From Eledone cirrhosa (taxonomy: Eukaryota): a stretch of 64,000 nucleotides of DNA. A model generated the notes under the pieces. The model saw nothing but the letters and a program-made list of their open reading frames with translations, was not told the origin of the DNA and searched no databases. The stretch lies in contig OZ024743.1 of assembly GCA_964016885.1 (NCBI GenBank), positions 305,474,001 through 305,538,000 on the forward strand, given 5' to 3'. The translations under genes and the position numbers were made by a program. Positions 48,587 to 62,230 of the stretch are shown here, piece after piece (positions within the stretch are counted from its first letter, which is position 1; every line of letters begins with the position of its first letter).

Positions 48587-50179
48587 GTAATTTAAATTCT
48601 CAGACCGAAATTCAATAGTCCCTTGTGGATCATTGGCTAGCGTACTAGACTAGGAAACTGGTGGTCACGTGTACGACACCTGTCACCCTCAACACGCATC
48701 GCTTTTGAAGTAGATGCTTTTCTTTTTTTTTTTTTTCGGCGTTGCTTGTGACATCTGCTGCATTAAATATATTAGTTATGACATTTAATTATTTATATTT
48801 ATGCATACACAAAGATGATATCAATTCTATCTATAGTTGACATCATATGTGTATCAGATTCTTTACATTCTACAATAAATGTTGAACACTACTGAAAATG
48901 ATAGAGACATTTCATTAACAAATAGGGATAGTGTAATTAAAAGCAAATAGTGAACATTGAAAATAAGATGCTATTGTATTGTTAGAAGTGAAAGAAAGCA
49001 TTCTCAATCACATCGAATCTTCTCTGTAGACGATAAAATATACCTACAAATATCCACATACTTCGTTCCGTTTATAAATCTTTCATTGCTCTTATATAAA
49101 AACTCATTTGATTTGATGAAGAAGTTAAAAGCAAATATTTCCATATTTAGATGGAGTCATTATTGCAGAATTTCACATGAGTACAGTCAACTGAGGTGAC
49201 AATGAAATTAATTCAAACAAAAACCGTCCCTAACTTATGCTGAAATTCTTATTCTAGACACTAATTGTGTTGCAGTATAACCACCACTGTCCAAAGTAAT
49301 GTCTGCTAATGAAAGGTAACACTTAGAGAATAGCCTTTACCTCTGCATGAAATGTTTAGTTAACTTCTTTCTTATGACGTCACAATAACAATTTGTAAAT
49401 TTAGATTGGATGAATTCGTTTAGCTGTTATCAACATATTTGTCCAATGTAGTGGAATGGAATTATTTATATTTATGCATACACGAAGATGATATCCATTC
49501 TATCTATAGTTTACATCATGTGTGTATCAGATTATTTACATTCTACAATAAATGTTGAACACAACTGAAAATGATAGACATTTAATTAACAAATAGGGAT
49601 AGTGTGAGTAAAACCAAATAGTGAAAATTGAACATACGATGCTATTGAATTGTTAGAAGTGAAAGAATGCATTCGCAATCACAACGAACCCCAAGCCTGC
49701 TCAGAGCAGCCATGCTCATGGATGTTATCCAACCTTCTTATTCGGGGCCTACTCCAGACTCTCCTGTGGGTTTGTTTTTCCCCGTAAAATCGGTTCCTTT
49801 CTGATACATTCTAACCCACATGCCGATAGTAGCGGAGCTCTGTTCTCTGAGTCACGCACTCTGTCGTGCAACGTTACTTTGTCGATAATTTCAGATATTT
49901 TAAAATGTTTTATTCCGTCCGGTTACGGTAGCAGTGACCCTCGTATTTACTCGAGAAATATTTCTTTATATCAGCTTTCGATGCTTTTTAAGCAGATAAA
50001 ATGATTACATGTCTTTCCAGGCGTTCGAATGGAACAAGATCAAGATGTATAATAAGAAACCGGGAAAGATTGAAAAGTAATGGGCATCGTACGTCGCTAT
50101 CTGTCTAAAGTTATATAAACAAAAATACGACTTAAAGTTAGGAATAACGACGGCTATACGACATTTTCGGAAAAATAAT

Positions 50180-50250
50180 TGTTTCTACTTTTGGCACAAG
50201 GCCAGCAATTATCCAGTACATTACTGGTACTTTACCAGTACATTACTGGT
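50180..50250 (-). mobile_element. 5'-truncated OK-like SINE with 19-bp TSD
   Basis: TSD acattttcggaaaaataat at 50161-50179 and 50251-50269; empty site in the right arm at ~52834-52852. Confidence 0.9.
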
Positions 50251-50462
50251 ACATTTTCGGAAAAATAATGCGTGCTGCTGATTTGAAAGTTAGATGATAA
50301 AAATGGAAAAGTTTATTAAGCAACGTGAATTGCTAGAACATATTTTGTTGTATCGCCGGAAATTAGTAAAATGTTTAATAGAAAATTAAAACCTAAGAGT
50401 TATTATCAAAGAAAAGTCCATATTGAGTTGTATTATAGTAGAAAAGTGTTAAATTGAGGATG

Positions 50463-50527
50463 TTAGTAGTTAGTAGTTAGAGTAGTTAGATGGGTGACCG
50501 CTTGGGAAACCTAGGTGCTCTAAGCAT
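50463..50527 (+). pseudogene. 5S rRNA 3'-half pseudogene (a second, more decayed piece at ~50580-50625)
   Basis: agtagttagatgggtgaccgcttgggaaacctaggtgctctaagc followed by T-runs. Confidence 0.85.
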
Positions 50528-51047
50528 CTCCATTTGTTTTTTGTTTTTTTTTAATTAACTATTTTTCAAAGCTTCTTACGTGTTAGATTGGCTATATCGC
50601 TCGGTAAGCCCAGGTGTTGTAAGTATTTTTTTTTATTTTTTTATTTAATTACTTTTCCAAGCTTCTGTCTTCAATATCTGTGCTAGTTTCAAAACAATCA
50701 TGCTCGCAAATTTTTCCTTTCCTCTAACTCTACCCTCTGCTTGAACAACACTATCGTGGATTGGCAGTATAGGAAGAGCTTTCGACAACAAGCATGTGAC
50801 ATAGAGTTAAGCCCCTTTACCTTCTGCTGAGTTCAGATCTCGCCGTGGTTAGCTTCGCCCTTCCTCCTTGTTCGGTCGATGAATTAAATCACAAGCAATG
50901 CACTGCACTCCATTCAATTGACTATCACTCAGTTGTACCTAAATCAGGAACCATCATTTTAACACCGATATTGAACGGTTATTATAAAAGAAAATCCATA
51001 GTGAGTTGATTTATAGTAGAAAGATGTTAAATTGAGGGGAGGATTTC

Positions 51048-51167
51048 GTTTACGGCCATATCACGCTGAAAGCACCGGTTCTCGTCCGATCACCGAAGTA
51101 AAGCAACGTCGAGCCTAGTTAGTACTTACATGGGTGACCGCTTGGGAAACTTAGGTGCTGCAAGCCT
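51048..51167 (+). rRNA. 5S rRNA: 5S rRNA gene, full length, probably a variant or pseudogene
   Basis: gtttacggccatatcacgctgaaagcaccggttctcgtccgatcaccgaagtaaagcaacg...tgggtgaccgcttgggaaacttaggtgctgcaagc, then a T-rich terminator; substitutions in boxes A and C. Confidence 0.92.
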
Positions 51168-51479
51168 TTCCTTTTATTTTCATTAACTACATTAAAACAT
51201 TTATTTTAGGTAAGAGTGACTGTATGAAAATAGTCATGTTCGTAATCTTTTTAGTTTTCTTTAAATTTCACCGGTGAATGCACACTATTTCCCTTATTTA
51301 CATGCCTACGCTAAGGAACATATTCATTGAACATAGATTTCGCTGCTCTTTCTAACAGCTGAAATCATCACATTTATTTACAGGCGTTCGAAATGAACAT
51401 GATCGACATATATGATAAGATAGTAGGTAAGATTAAAGTTCCTTCTCAGTGACCCTGCTCCTGCAGACGTCTTAAGGCC

Positions 51480-51840
51480 ACAGGCTGTAAAAACATAGTT
51501 TATTGTCCTCCCGTGGGAGCATTGTCCACAAAAACTTCTTTCAGCGACTCCCGTCAGAAGCAACTGTCTCCAATTGATCCAGCTCGAACCCCAACCATGT
51601 TCAGAGCAGCCATCCTCATGGATGTTATCCAACCATTCGGGGTCTACTCCTGACTCTCCTGTCGGTTTGTTTTGCCCGTAAAATCTGTCCGGCGGTTCCT
51701 TTCTGATACATTTTAACCCACATGCCGATAGTAGCCGGGCTGTGATCTCCGGGTTACGCACTCTGTCGTGTAACGTTACTTTGTCGACGATTTGAGATAT
51801 TTTAATTTTTTTTATTCCGTCCGGTTGCGGAAGCACTGAC
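51480..51840 (-). mobile_element. RTE-like LINE C-terminal relic within the 5S spacer (diverged copies 49685-49940 and inverted 53075-53330)
   Basis: DKVTLHDRVRNPEI...WLDNIHED resembles the RTE ORF C-terminus. Confidence 0.5.
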
Positions 51841-52405
51841 CGTCGTATTTACTCTAGAAAATATTTATTTAACTCAGATTTTGCTCCTTTTTCTAGCAGA
51901 TGAAATGACTACGTGTCTTTACAGGCGTTCGAATAGAACAAGAAACCGGGAATAGAATAAGAAACCGGGAAAGATGGAAGAGTAATGGGCTTCGTACGTC
52001 GTTATCTGTCTAAAGTTATATACAGGAAAATACGACTTAAATTTAGGAATATCGACGGCTATATCCCCTGCATGCACGATACTATCCTGGATTGGTAGTA
52101 TAGGTAGAACTTCGGACACGATGCATGCAGCACAGATTTTCGCTCCTTTACCTTCTATTCAATTCAGATCCCGCCGGTGTTAGCTTCGCCCTTCAGCCTT
52201 GTGGGGTCGATGAATTAAATCACAAGCAATGTACTGGGCTCGATTCAATTGACTTTCACTCACTTGTGCCTAGATCAGGAACCATCATTTTTAACACCTA
52301 GTTTGAACGGGTATTATAATAGAAAAGTCCATAGTGATTTGATCTATAGTACAAACTCAGATTACAATTATTGTACACAGCCATGTAGAGCGATAACACT
52401 AATTG

Positions 52406-52521
<116 letters not shown>

Positions 52522-54427
52522 CTTATTAAAATAATTAGAATGTATCAGAAAGGAACCGTTGGACTGATTTTACGGGGAAAAACAATAGCATCGTATGTTC
52601 AATTTTCACTATTTGGTTTTACTCACACTATCCCTATTTGTTAATTAAATGTCTATCATTTTCAGTTGTGTTCAACATTTATTGTAGAATGTAAATAATC
52701 TGATACACACACGATGTAAACTATAGATAGAATGGATATCATCTTCGTGTATGCATAAATATAAATAATTCCATTCACGTTGCTTAATAAACTTTTCCAT
52801 TTTTATCATCTAACTTTCAAATCAGCAGCACGCATTATTTTTCCGAAAATGTCGTATAGCCGTCGTTATTCCTAACTTTAAGTCGTATTTTTGTTTATAT
52901 AACTTTAGACAGATAGCGACGTACGATGCCCATTACTTTTCAATCTTTCCCGGTTTCTTATTATACATCTTGATCTTGTTCCATTCGAACGCCTGGAAAG
53001 ACATGTAATCATTTTATCTGCTTAAAAAGCATCGAAAGCTGATATAAAGAAATATTTTCTCGAGTAAATACGAGGGTCACTGCTACCGTAACCGGACGGA
53101 ATAAAACATTTTAAAATATCTGAAATTATCGACAAAGTAACGTTGCACGACAGAGTGCGTGACTCAGAGAACAGAGCTCCGCTACTATCGGCATGTGGGT
53201 TAGAATGTATCAGAAAGGAACCGATTTTACGGGGAAAAACAAACCCACAGGAGAGTCTGGAGTAGGCCCCGAATAAGAAGGTTGGATAACATCCATGAGC
53301 ATGGCTGCTCTGAGCAGGCTTGGGGTTCGTTGTGATTGCGAATGCATTCTTTCACTTCTAACAATTCAATAGCATCGTATGTTCAATTTTCACTATTTGG
53401 TTTTACTCACACTATCCCTATTTGTTAATTAAATGTCTATCATTTTCAGTTGTGTTCAACATTTATTGTAGAATGTAAATAATCTGATACACACATGATG
53501 TAAACTATAGATAGAATGGATATCATCTTCGTGTATGCATAAATATAAATAATTCCATTCCACTACATTGGACAAATATGTTGATAACAGCTAAACGAAT
53601 TCATCCAATCTAAATTTACAAATTGTTATTGTGACGTCATAAGAAAGAAGTTAACTAAACATTTCATGCAGAGGTAAAGGCTATTCTCTAAGTGTTACCT
53701 TTCATTAGCAGACATTACTTTGGACAGTGGTGGTTATACTGCAACACAATTAGTGTCTAGAATAAGAATTTCAGCATAAGTTAGGGACGGTTTTGTTTGA
53801 ATTAATTTCATTGTCACCTCAGTTGACTGTACTCATGTGAAATTCTGCAATAATGACTCCATCTAAATATGGAAATATTTGCTTTTAACTTCTTCATCAA
53901 ATCAAATGAGTTTTTATATAAGAGCAGTGAAAGATTTATAAACGGAACGAAGTATGTGGATATTTGTAGGTATATTTTATCGTCTACAGAGAAGATTCGA
54001 TGTGATTGAGAATGCTTTCTTTCACTTCTAACAATACAATAGCATCTTATTTTCAATGTTCACTATTTGCTTTTAATTACACTATCCCTATTTGTTAATG
54101 AAATGTCTCTATCATTTTCAGTAGTGTTCAACATTTATTGTAGAATGTAAAGAATCTGATACACATATGATGTCAACTATAGATAGAATTGATATCATCT
54201 TTGTGTATGCATAAATATAAATAATTAAATGTCATAACTAATATATTTAATGCAGCAGATGTCACAAGCAACGCCGAAAAAAAAAAAAAAAGAAAAGCAT
54301 CTACTTCAAAAGCGATGCGTGTTGAGGGTGACAGGTGTCGTACACGTGACCACCAGTTTCCTAGTCTAGTACGCTAGCCAATGATCCACAAGGGACTATT
54401 GAATTTCGGTCTGAGAATTTAAATTAC

Positions 54428-55757
54428 TTTTTTTTATGCAGAGCAATCAGTGCATGTATATGATTGTGCACATAGTTAAATATGTAATGTTACGGAATGC
54501 ACCCCCCCCCCCCACCCCCAGCCCCGGCGGACAGGATGGAGAAGGCGCTTCCCCGGAGGAGGGCAAGGGAGACGCGCTGGAAAAAATCCACTCCAACTCG
54601 CGAGGTCCACACCTGTGCCTCGCCAGCTCAGCGCCTATGGTGGTGAGTAGGGAGGTAGCCCTAGGGCCGAGGACACCAGAAGTCTCCACTGCCAGGTGTA
54701 CAACCGCAAACCTGTCGGAGAGCAACCGGTATTTGAGGAGTCTGGCCTCCTCATCCCGACGTGCAGCATAACCTGGGTTAGTGGTAGACTGCACCAGGTT
54801 GTGGCTGCAGAAAGTGTCGGTGCAAGTAGCATCTCAGACGAGGGGTTTGCCACCGCAGAACGGGAAGATGGTCATGCCATCTGGCCTTTTGCCGTCCCCT
54901 CAGTCCAGCCCCACTGGCTCGAGCTGGGAAGGGAAGCCCACAGCGTCCAAGCCATGGTTTATGACCTCGTCGAGCGCAGAATGGCGTGTGCGGCGGCCGG
55001 CACTGTGGCGACAGGATAGCGTGTGGAGGCCGAAAGAGTCCACGGTGGATCCACAACGACATTGGTGTGGCTCGCAGATCCGGAGGCCGAGCCTCAAGAA
55101 AATGCCCATACGCAGGATATTGTTATCTAGCTGCCTGCCAGTGGAGAAGGAGGGCAAGGCATGGAACCAGGCACCTCTGTGGGGTTTGGAGGCCGCACGA
55201 AAGCAGGCAAGGCGGTGCTGGTCAAGCTGGAGCGTGAGCCTGTCTGAGGCCAAGCTGCACTGGATGACATCCCAAGTGCTTTGGGGGGTCTTTACTTCAG
55301 CAGGGGGAGAAGGTGGAGGGGCGGAGGTGCTAACCTACATCAGATATAGAGGTGTCAGAAGTCAAGAGAGAAAAGAAGGGGTGCATGGAGGTGGACACAC
55401 AGGAAGGTAGAATGTTACCAAATGAATGAGTGAATGGATGAATGTATGTACCCCCCAACCCCCAACGAAAGTTGGGGGGGTGGGGGTGAGAAAACGGGGT
55501 TGTTCCCAGCGGAAAGACCCAGAGTTCAGCACGCACACATGTGAGCATGTTGGCAGTTTCTCATAGGACCTTGTGGCTGGCGGTGAGTCATTCAATCCTG
55601 AAAACCTATGTGTTGTTATTGTCACTGATGCTGGAGTTGGCTTCCTTTTGATAATGGTAGTGGTAGTTATTGCTGGTAAGATGTTGATGTATACACATAT
55701 GTGTGGTTGTTGTTAATGTCACAGTTGTTGTCGTTGCCTTCCTCTTGTTAAGGGTGG
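54428..55757 (-). mobile_element. mirror of CRE copy 2 with a ~2.25-kb internal deletion
   Basis: Junction at ~55320-55330 joins the left-arm equivalents of ~47697 and ~45454. Confidence 0.9.
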
Positions 55758-57330
55758 TGGTAGATAAAACTGCTATCAATTTGGATTGCCAGGCAGTATG
55801 CTGAGGCTCGAGTGCCTCCTTTCACCAAAGATGCGGGGTCGATGTTATTATCCTTTTGCTGTCGCCTTCTTGACCGCAGATGCGGGTCAGTGGCTTTCGG
55901 CCTCATTTGGCAGCACAATGGCAATTAAATATAATCTATTTTTTTTTGTTCTTTTCTTTTCTCTGTTTAATCCGATTCAAATGATTTGACAGTGAATTGG
56001 TGGTCGGTTTTGTTTTGTTTTGTTTTATGTTTCCATTTGTTTTTATTTATTTCACTCGCTCTTCTCGTATGTTTCGGTGCGTTAAATTTATGAGGTTCCT
56101 AGCATTTATTATTTGAGCAGTGGGTAATTGCTGGCCTTGTGCCTAAAGTAGAAACAATTATTTGAGGTGGCAGTCTCGGTAGTGGGTCGGACGCCATGCT
56201 TTGACGCATAGAGTTACGGCTCTTGCCATTGTGAGTTCAAATCCCGCCGAGATTAACTTTGCCTTTCATCCTTACGGTGTCGATAAAATAAAGTACCAGT
56301 AATGCACTGGGTATTTGCTGGCCTTGTGCCAAAAGTAGAAACAATTATTTGAGGTTATATTTCTATTTTAGGATGTATTCCATCATAACAGCACATACTG
56401 CACCATGGATTAAACTGTGAGTTAATGCCGCGAATGTTTTACTATTGGGTAATCAGATAATCCAAGCGTAAAATCATCAATGTAGATATGGAGAGAGTCT
56501 AGTGCAGTGCTACTCAAAGTGGTGGTCGGTACGCGAGCCATCAGCTACTGGCACGCGGCTAGTGTCCAGGCCATGCTAAAGAATCATTTAAGGAATTGGT
56601 AGAATCTAAGGAATTTCAAGGAAATTTTAGGCTGTGACTGCTAGTTTCAGTAATTTGTCCTTATGCAACGAAAACTGGGGGTGAAAATTATGACAATAAT
56701 AGGTAAATTAACCTGATAGTAAAAATATAAGTTGATAATATATTATAGTTTTCTATGAAGAAAGAAAGTCAAATAACAGAAAATGGATCGTGCAGCATCA
56801 GTTTCGGTGACTAAACGACCTACTGTAGTAAGTAAACAACTTATCAGTTGGCCGGTGGTGACACGTGGTACTTACCGGCTGTAGTAGAGATTATGTAGTA
56901 TATGTAAATGTAGTATATTTGTGATATTGTAATGCCGCCGAGTGATACTTTAGTCTCCCCTCAAAACCATGCTCCCTTTACTTCGGCCCGTATCCCCAAA
57001 TCAATTTTTTTTCCCTTAATGGAACTATTTTCTCACGCTTAAACTAGCCTGATTAATTCTTACCAGTAAAAAAACATTATTTACGTGGTATTCCCTCATT
57101 CACATGAGTGTTATTAAGATAAAGTACAGGAATAATATGGATATTCATTCTCCATTGCGCGTGGCACTGTCCTCAATTGAACCACGACTGGATAAACTGA
57201 CAAAGAAGAAACAGGCTCACCTTTCACACTAGTAAAGATTAAGGTTATATAATTTTTATTTTTGTGTTAATAAACTGCTTGTTACTTATTTAATTACTTT
57301 TTTATATCTTTTGATATTGTATTATTTGTT

Positions 57331-57477
57331 TGGATTGGCAGTATCAGTAGAGGGTCGGACGCCATGCTTTCCAGCATAGTTACATCCCTTTACGATCTGA
57401 GTTCAAATCCCGCCGAGGGTGACTTTGCCTTTCATCCTTACGGGGTCGATAAAATAAAGTACCAGTAATGCACTGGG
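57331..57477 (+). mobile_element. OK-like SINE at a ~2.5-kb deletion junction
   Basis: Lies between the left-arm equivalents of ~43435 and ~40920; no TSD. Confidence 0.88.
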
Positions 57478-58433
57478 TTTTTGGCTGCGTAGCATTTCTG
57501 GCAATTCATCTGGGAGGCCGACAATTTCTCGCCTACCCATCAGCTTCTTGCCATCTCTGTTACAACAGTTACCATAACAGCTCTGGTATAACAATTACCA
57601 TAACAGCTATACAGCCCTGGTAAAGCATAAACAGCACCATCATTGACAACACCTACTGGTAAACTACCATAACAGCTTCATCCACAGCTCTGGTACAACA
57701 CTTATCATAAGAGCCAACATTTAATGCAAGAACAGCAACTTTGCCCATGTCAGACTTAATCCGTTTTCTGTTAGACCCCTGGTTGTCACGTATAAATAGC
57801 AACACAGCTAGTCATTTGACACAGCGGCTCAACACGGCCCTTAGCGCCTCATTTTTCTTCTTGCATGCATTCTTTTGTTCAATTTTTTTCATTGATGTGC
57901 TCTTTCAGCATTTTTCCTGCTGATTCAATGTTATATATTGTCTTGCGACTAGGAAGAGGGTATTGTAGTGATCTACGATCCTTGGGTTCATAGATACATT
58001 CTCTGTGCGTTATTTGGCTCAGCTCAGCCAATCGCCTCCAGCGTAGGAGAATGTATCTCGACACGCCCTGAAGGAAAAATTCCCGCGTCAGCTCAGAAAT
58101 CTTTGTCTTGCAGCTTGACCATGCTAAGGTAAAGACTACTTCTTTTGCTCCGCAAGCACAAACAATATGTAACGGTGATATTTGAACTTTGGCCTGTCGG
58201 CCTTCCTTGGGCCTGGCACAATGCCACATTCCTTTTATAACCCTTTTATGTTTAACTTTGACTGTCCAATTAAACAAATATTACTTTGTACTACAACAAA
58301 TAAACATACATCTCATCTCTTATTTCTCTTGTTGACATCATTATTATGTTACTCGTTGTCGATATTACTATCATATCTTTCTGCTAAAATGGTTACTCGT
58401 GGCGCTATTTTTATAATATACTACACTACTAAA
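57478..58433 (+). mobile_element. mirror of the LTR element, 3' part (PPT 57951-57960, LTR 57964-58433)
   Basis: Reverse complement of 39941-40920. Confidence 0.88.
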
Positions 58434-59239
58434 GAGTAATTGGTAATCCAAGCGTAAGATCATCAATGTATGGTAAATAAATCTTAAATAGAGCTTGGAG
58501 CAGATATTACGTTAAGAGAACATTCAGACAGAGTGGATGTGGAAAAGTTGAACATTTTTACCTCGTTTGGTGTTGAATTTGCAGTTCCAGAAAGTTTTCT
58601 TTTCAATCACAGGAAAGTGCACACATATAATTATATGTATATACACAGGTACATATATTAATGAACATGTATTTCACAATAAACACAGACGGGCATCAGT
58701 AAATAATAATAACGATATTTAGATATAAAGATATACATGTACATATCTGTATTTCAGGGATTATTTTTTCCCCCGTGTGTGTAGCAACACGTGGTTGCGT
58801 GTGTTGCTGCTGACTCAAGCAGAGCCCAAGAAAACACGTTATTCCCTGCTGACCAATGTGTAGTTAAATTACTATAGATATGATTTTAGACAGTACAGTC
58901 TTTGAAAGTGTTTCTAAATATTTCGTGTTGATCACCAAATTTTGTCCACTATTGGAAAAGTAATTTAATTTCACTGGGTCCATAACAAGTCTTATGTTTG
59001 TTAGACTCACTCATAAAATACATATCGAATCAATTTTAGTTATTTACTCGATAGTTTCAAACATTGTCTAAACAAGCATACTCCCAAATTAACAACAAAG
59101 AAAGTGTGGTAAGAAATCTGGTAGACCATTACAAACTGGAGAACTCGATACTTAGGGTAGTAGAGTGGCTGAGCTCCGGCCGTTTTGACAGGTAGATCAG
59201 AACTGCGGTCGTATCTAGCTGTCGAAACGGCTATAAAAT

Positions 59240-62230
59240 TGTCGGTGCAAGTGGCATCCCAGACGAGGGGTTTGCCACCGCGGAACGGGAAGATGGTCAT
59301 GCCATCTGGCCTTTTGCGTCCCCTCGATCCAGCCCCACCGGCTCGAGCTGGGAAGGGAAGCCTGCAGCGCCCAAGCCATGCTTAATGACCTCGTTGAGTG
59401 CAGCATGGCGTGGAATGCGGCCGGCACTGCGGCGACTGAAAAGTGGGTGGAGGCCGAAAGAGTGAACGGTGGAACCGCAGCGACATTGGTGTGGCTGGCA
59501 TATCCGGAGGCCGAGCGTCAGGGAAACGCCGATTCGCAGGCTATGTTTGCTGCGTGCTAGTGGAGAAGGAGGGCAGGACATGGAGCCAGGCACCCCTGTG
59601 GGGCTTGGGGGGCCGCACGTAAACAAGCAGGGCGATGCTGGTCGAGTTTGCGCGTGGGCCTGTCAGAGGCCAGGCTGCACTGGATGGCATCCCAAGTGCG
59701 TTGGGGGGACTTGACGTCAACAGGGGGAGAAGGAGGAGGCACGTCTACTGGGCTAAATTCCAGCCGGTCCCACGTCTCACAGGCGGCTTCACGTTCTCTG
59801 AATACAGAGGGTTCTGTTGTATTTTGAAGAACCCTGCTGACGAGGATGCGGCACGTGTTACCGACGAAAGAGAACGCCGGCAAAGCTAGTGAGATCGGGG
59901 ACCGGGGGCCAGGGCCACCTTACCTGACCGGTAAAGTGGCCTGTTGCCACCCTATGTCGTCAAACTTGGCGTTGCAGATCCCCTCGGCTGCTGCTCGGAT
60001 ACAAGTATCGAGGTCAGCGAGGAGAGATGTCTGGGTGTAGCACGGAGCGCTGCGGAGTGTATAGAGGAGCTTCGGCATGGTGAAGCAGTTCCTCAGCAGA
60101 AAGAGAGCTGGGTGGCCGTCAATCAAGCCCAGTCGGCTCGTGAGAGTCTGGAGCTGTTGAAGCCTGGAGCTGATGGTGGAGCGGATGGCCGGCGGGTGGA
60201 TCGGTGACCTGACGATGAGGACATCCTCTTTGTGGGTCACCTAAACCTGGCAGAAAATGGACCGTACGTCCAAGACGGAGGCTGCAAAGCTCGCAGCATC
60301 GACGCTAACGTTCACCACCTCCGACTTGGCCGAGTTGACCTGAAGGCCGATTCCCGCTAGGGCAGGAACCACCGATTGAAGGTCATGGCAGACCGTCCGT
60401 ACGGGCCCGCCCAACGTAACATCATCCAGATACCAAACGTTGAGAGGGGCCGTAATAATGCGGGCGATGTGGTCAATACCAAGGGAGAACATGAGGGGTC
60501 CTAAAGGGTCGCCCTGTTGGAACCCAGTAGCCGAGGGTATGGTCGTATAAGCAGCTAGGAACATGCTCGGAGCTCCATATGACCGGTAGGCGAGCGGGTA
60601 GGCAGAGGGGGCTCGGCTGAGGCAGGCCTCGAGCAGATTAACCCGGCGTAAAGAGTTGAAGGCATTCCTTATGTCAAGTTTGACAATGAGGTGCCTGGAG
60701 TCCCTGGATGCCGGTACCGATGGGCAGCTGCTGAAGAACTGCCTGGTTGCATGAGCAGCTCCCTCAGCCATCGGACACGCCGACACCCAGTTACACCGGA
60801 CTAAACTCCTCACCCAGTTCGTATGTGACGGACTCCCAGATCACCTTGGCAGGCAGCCTCCGGAAGACATTACCCACAGCAATGGGGCGTATGCCTCCCT
60901 CTTTCTTCCTGAGAGCGGTGAGGCTAGCCGAAAAAAACTGGCCTCGGACGTAAGAGTCGAGGGCTCCAGGGATGAGCCTATTGGTGAGCACCACAATTGC
61001 ACTCAGAAGGCGGCGCCCGGCCTCAGCGGAGAGGGGGGATGTCAACTCCTTGAGGTGGGCTGGTCGGAGACCATAAACACCTCCGCAGCTGCTAGCTGGG
61101 AAGGACCTGATGGCGGACCTGATATCTGCATCAGTAGCCACAAGGAGCAAGTGGGGGTCGGGTGGGGGTATGGGTCTGAGATCAGTGTGTGGCTCAGGAT
61201 TTTGAGCCGCAGAGCAGCCAAGACCTCCTCGGTTGATTGGAGGACAGTTTCCTCTGAAGCAACAACTCTGACTGCGGCCGAGACATCACCCATGATAATC
61301 TTTGCGTTTACCTGGTCACTCAAATGCTTGGCGCTGGCTTCAGGGGTGGAGGATAGGGAGTACCTGAGAGTGAGGTGTGTGGCGCCCCAGGGCACGCTTG
61401 GAATGGGTGCTCGACAAAATGACGAGACATTGGCCTTGACGAAGGCTGCTGTTGACCGGCCACCCCGGTCAGCGCCATACCTTTGGAGTCCAGGGCGCTC
61501 TCAATCGAGGAAGCGAAGGCATCGGCTACCTGCACCCGTGCCGCTCTCGGGATCCTGAGTGGGATCTTCCGGAACCGCCTGTGCCGAGCGATGTTGACCA
61601 GCGAGGCTCGGGCATCAGGAAAGCTCGCTGTCCCTTCTGGTGGTATGCCAGGCGGCCGTAGCTGGGAAGACGTGGGGAATAGGCAGCTCCTGCACCTCCA
61701 CGCTGCGAGGGCATTGGAAGCTCGACGTGTCAAGCTAACGCAGGTGAGGTGGTGGAAGCAGCCGCATCCCAAACAAATCCGCCCCCTCTTCTGTTTGTTA
61801 GTGGTGCCGCAAGTGCTGCAGGTCCCGATTTGGAGGGTGGGGATGGGGTGTGAGACCGGGGACTGGGGCACCGAGCGGCATCAGGGTTGGGTGGCCGGCG
61901 TTTGTGGGTGGAAGGGAAAGTGCTGGTAAGAGGGCCGCATATATATGGAGGTGCCAGAAAGCGAGAGCGAAAAGGGGCTGCATGGAGGGGGAGTCACAGG
62001 AAGGGAGAATGGTAGTAAATGAATGAGTGAATGAATGGATGCGTGAGAAAACAAGTTGTTCCCAGCGGAACGACCCAAAGTTCAGCACGCACACAAACTT
62101 AGCAGTTTGTCATAGGACCTAGTTGCTGGTGGTGAGTCACTGATGCTGGTGTTGGCTTCCTCTTGTTAATGGTAGAGTTGTTGTTGTTACTGACACTGTT
62201 GTCGTCGTTGCCTTCCTATTGTTAATGGTG
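59240..62230 (-). mobile_element. mirror of CRE copy 1
   Basis: ORFs 60241..60813 (QQGDPLGP, WYLDD), 60791..61150, 61320..61871 (PHD-like finger). Confidence 0.9.

Larger units (their letters stand above)
50756..52290 (+). mobile_element. two old diverged OK-like SINEs (50756-50975, 52088-52290), part of the 5S repeat unit
   Basis: tggattggcagtatagg...ttcagatc.cgccg...gtcgatgaattaaatcacaagcaatg; each lies just before the 5S upstream motif. Confidence 0.7.
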
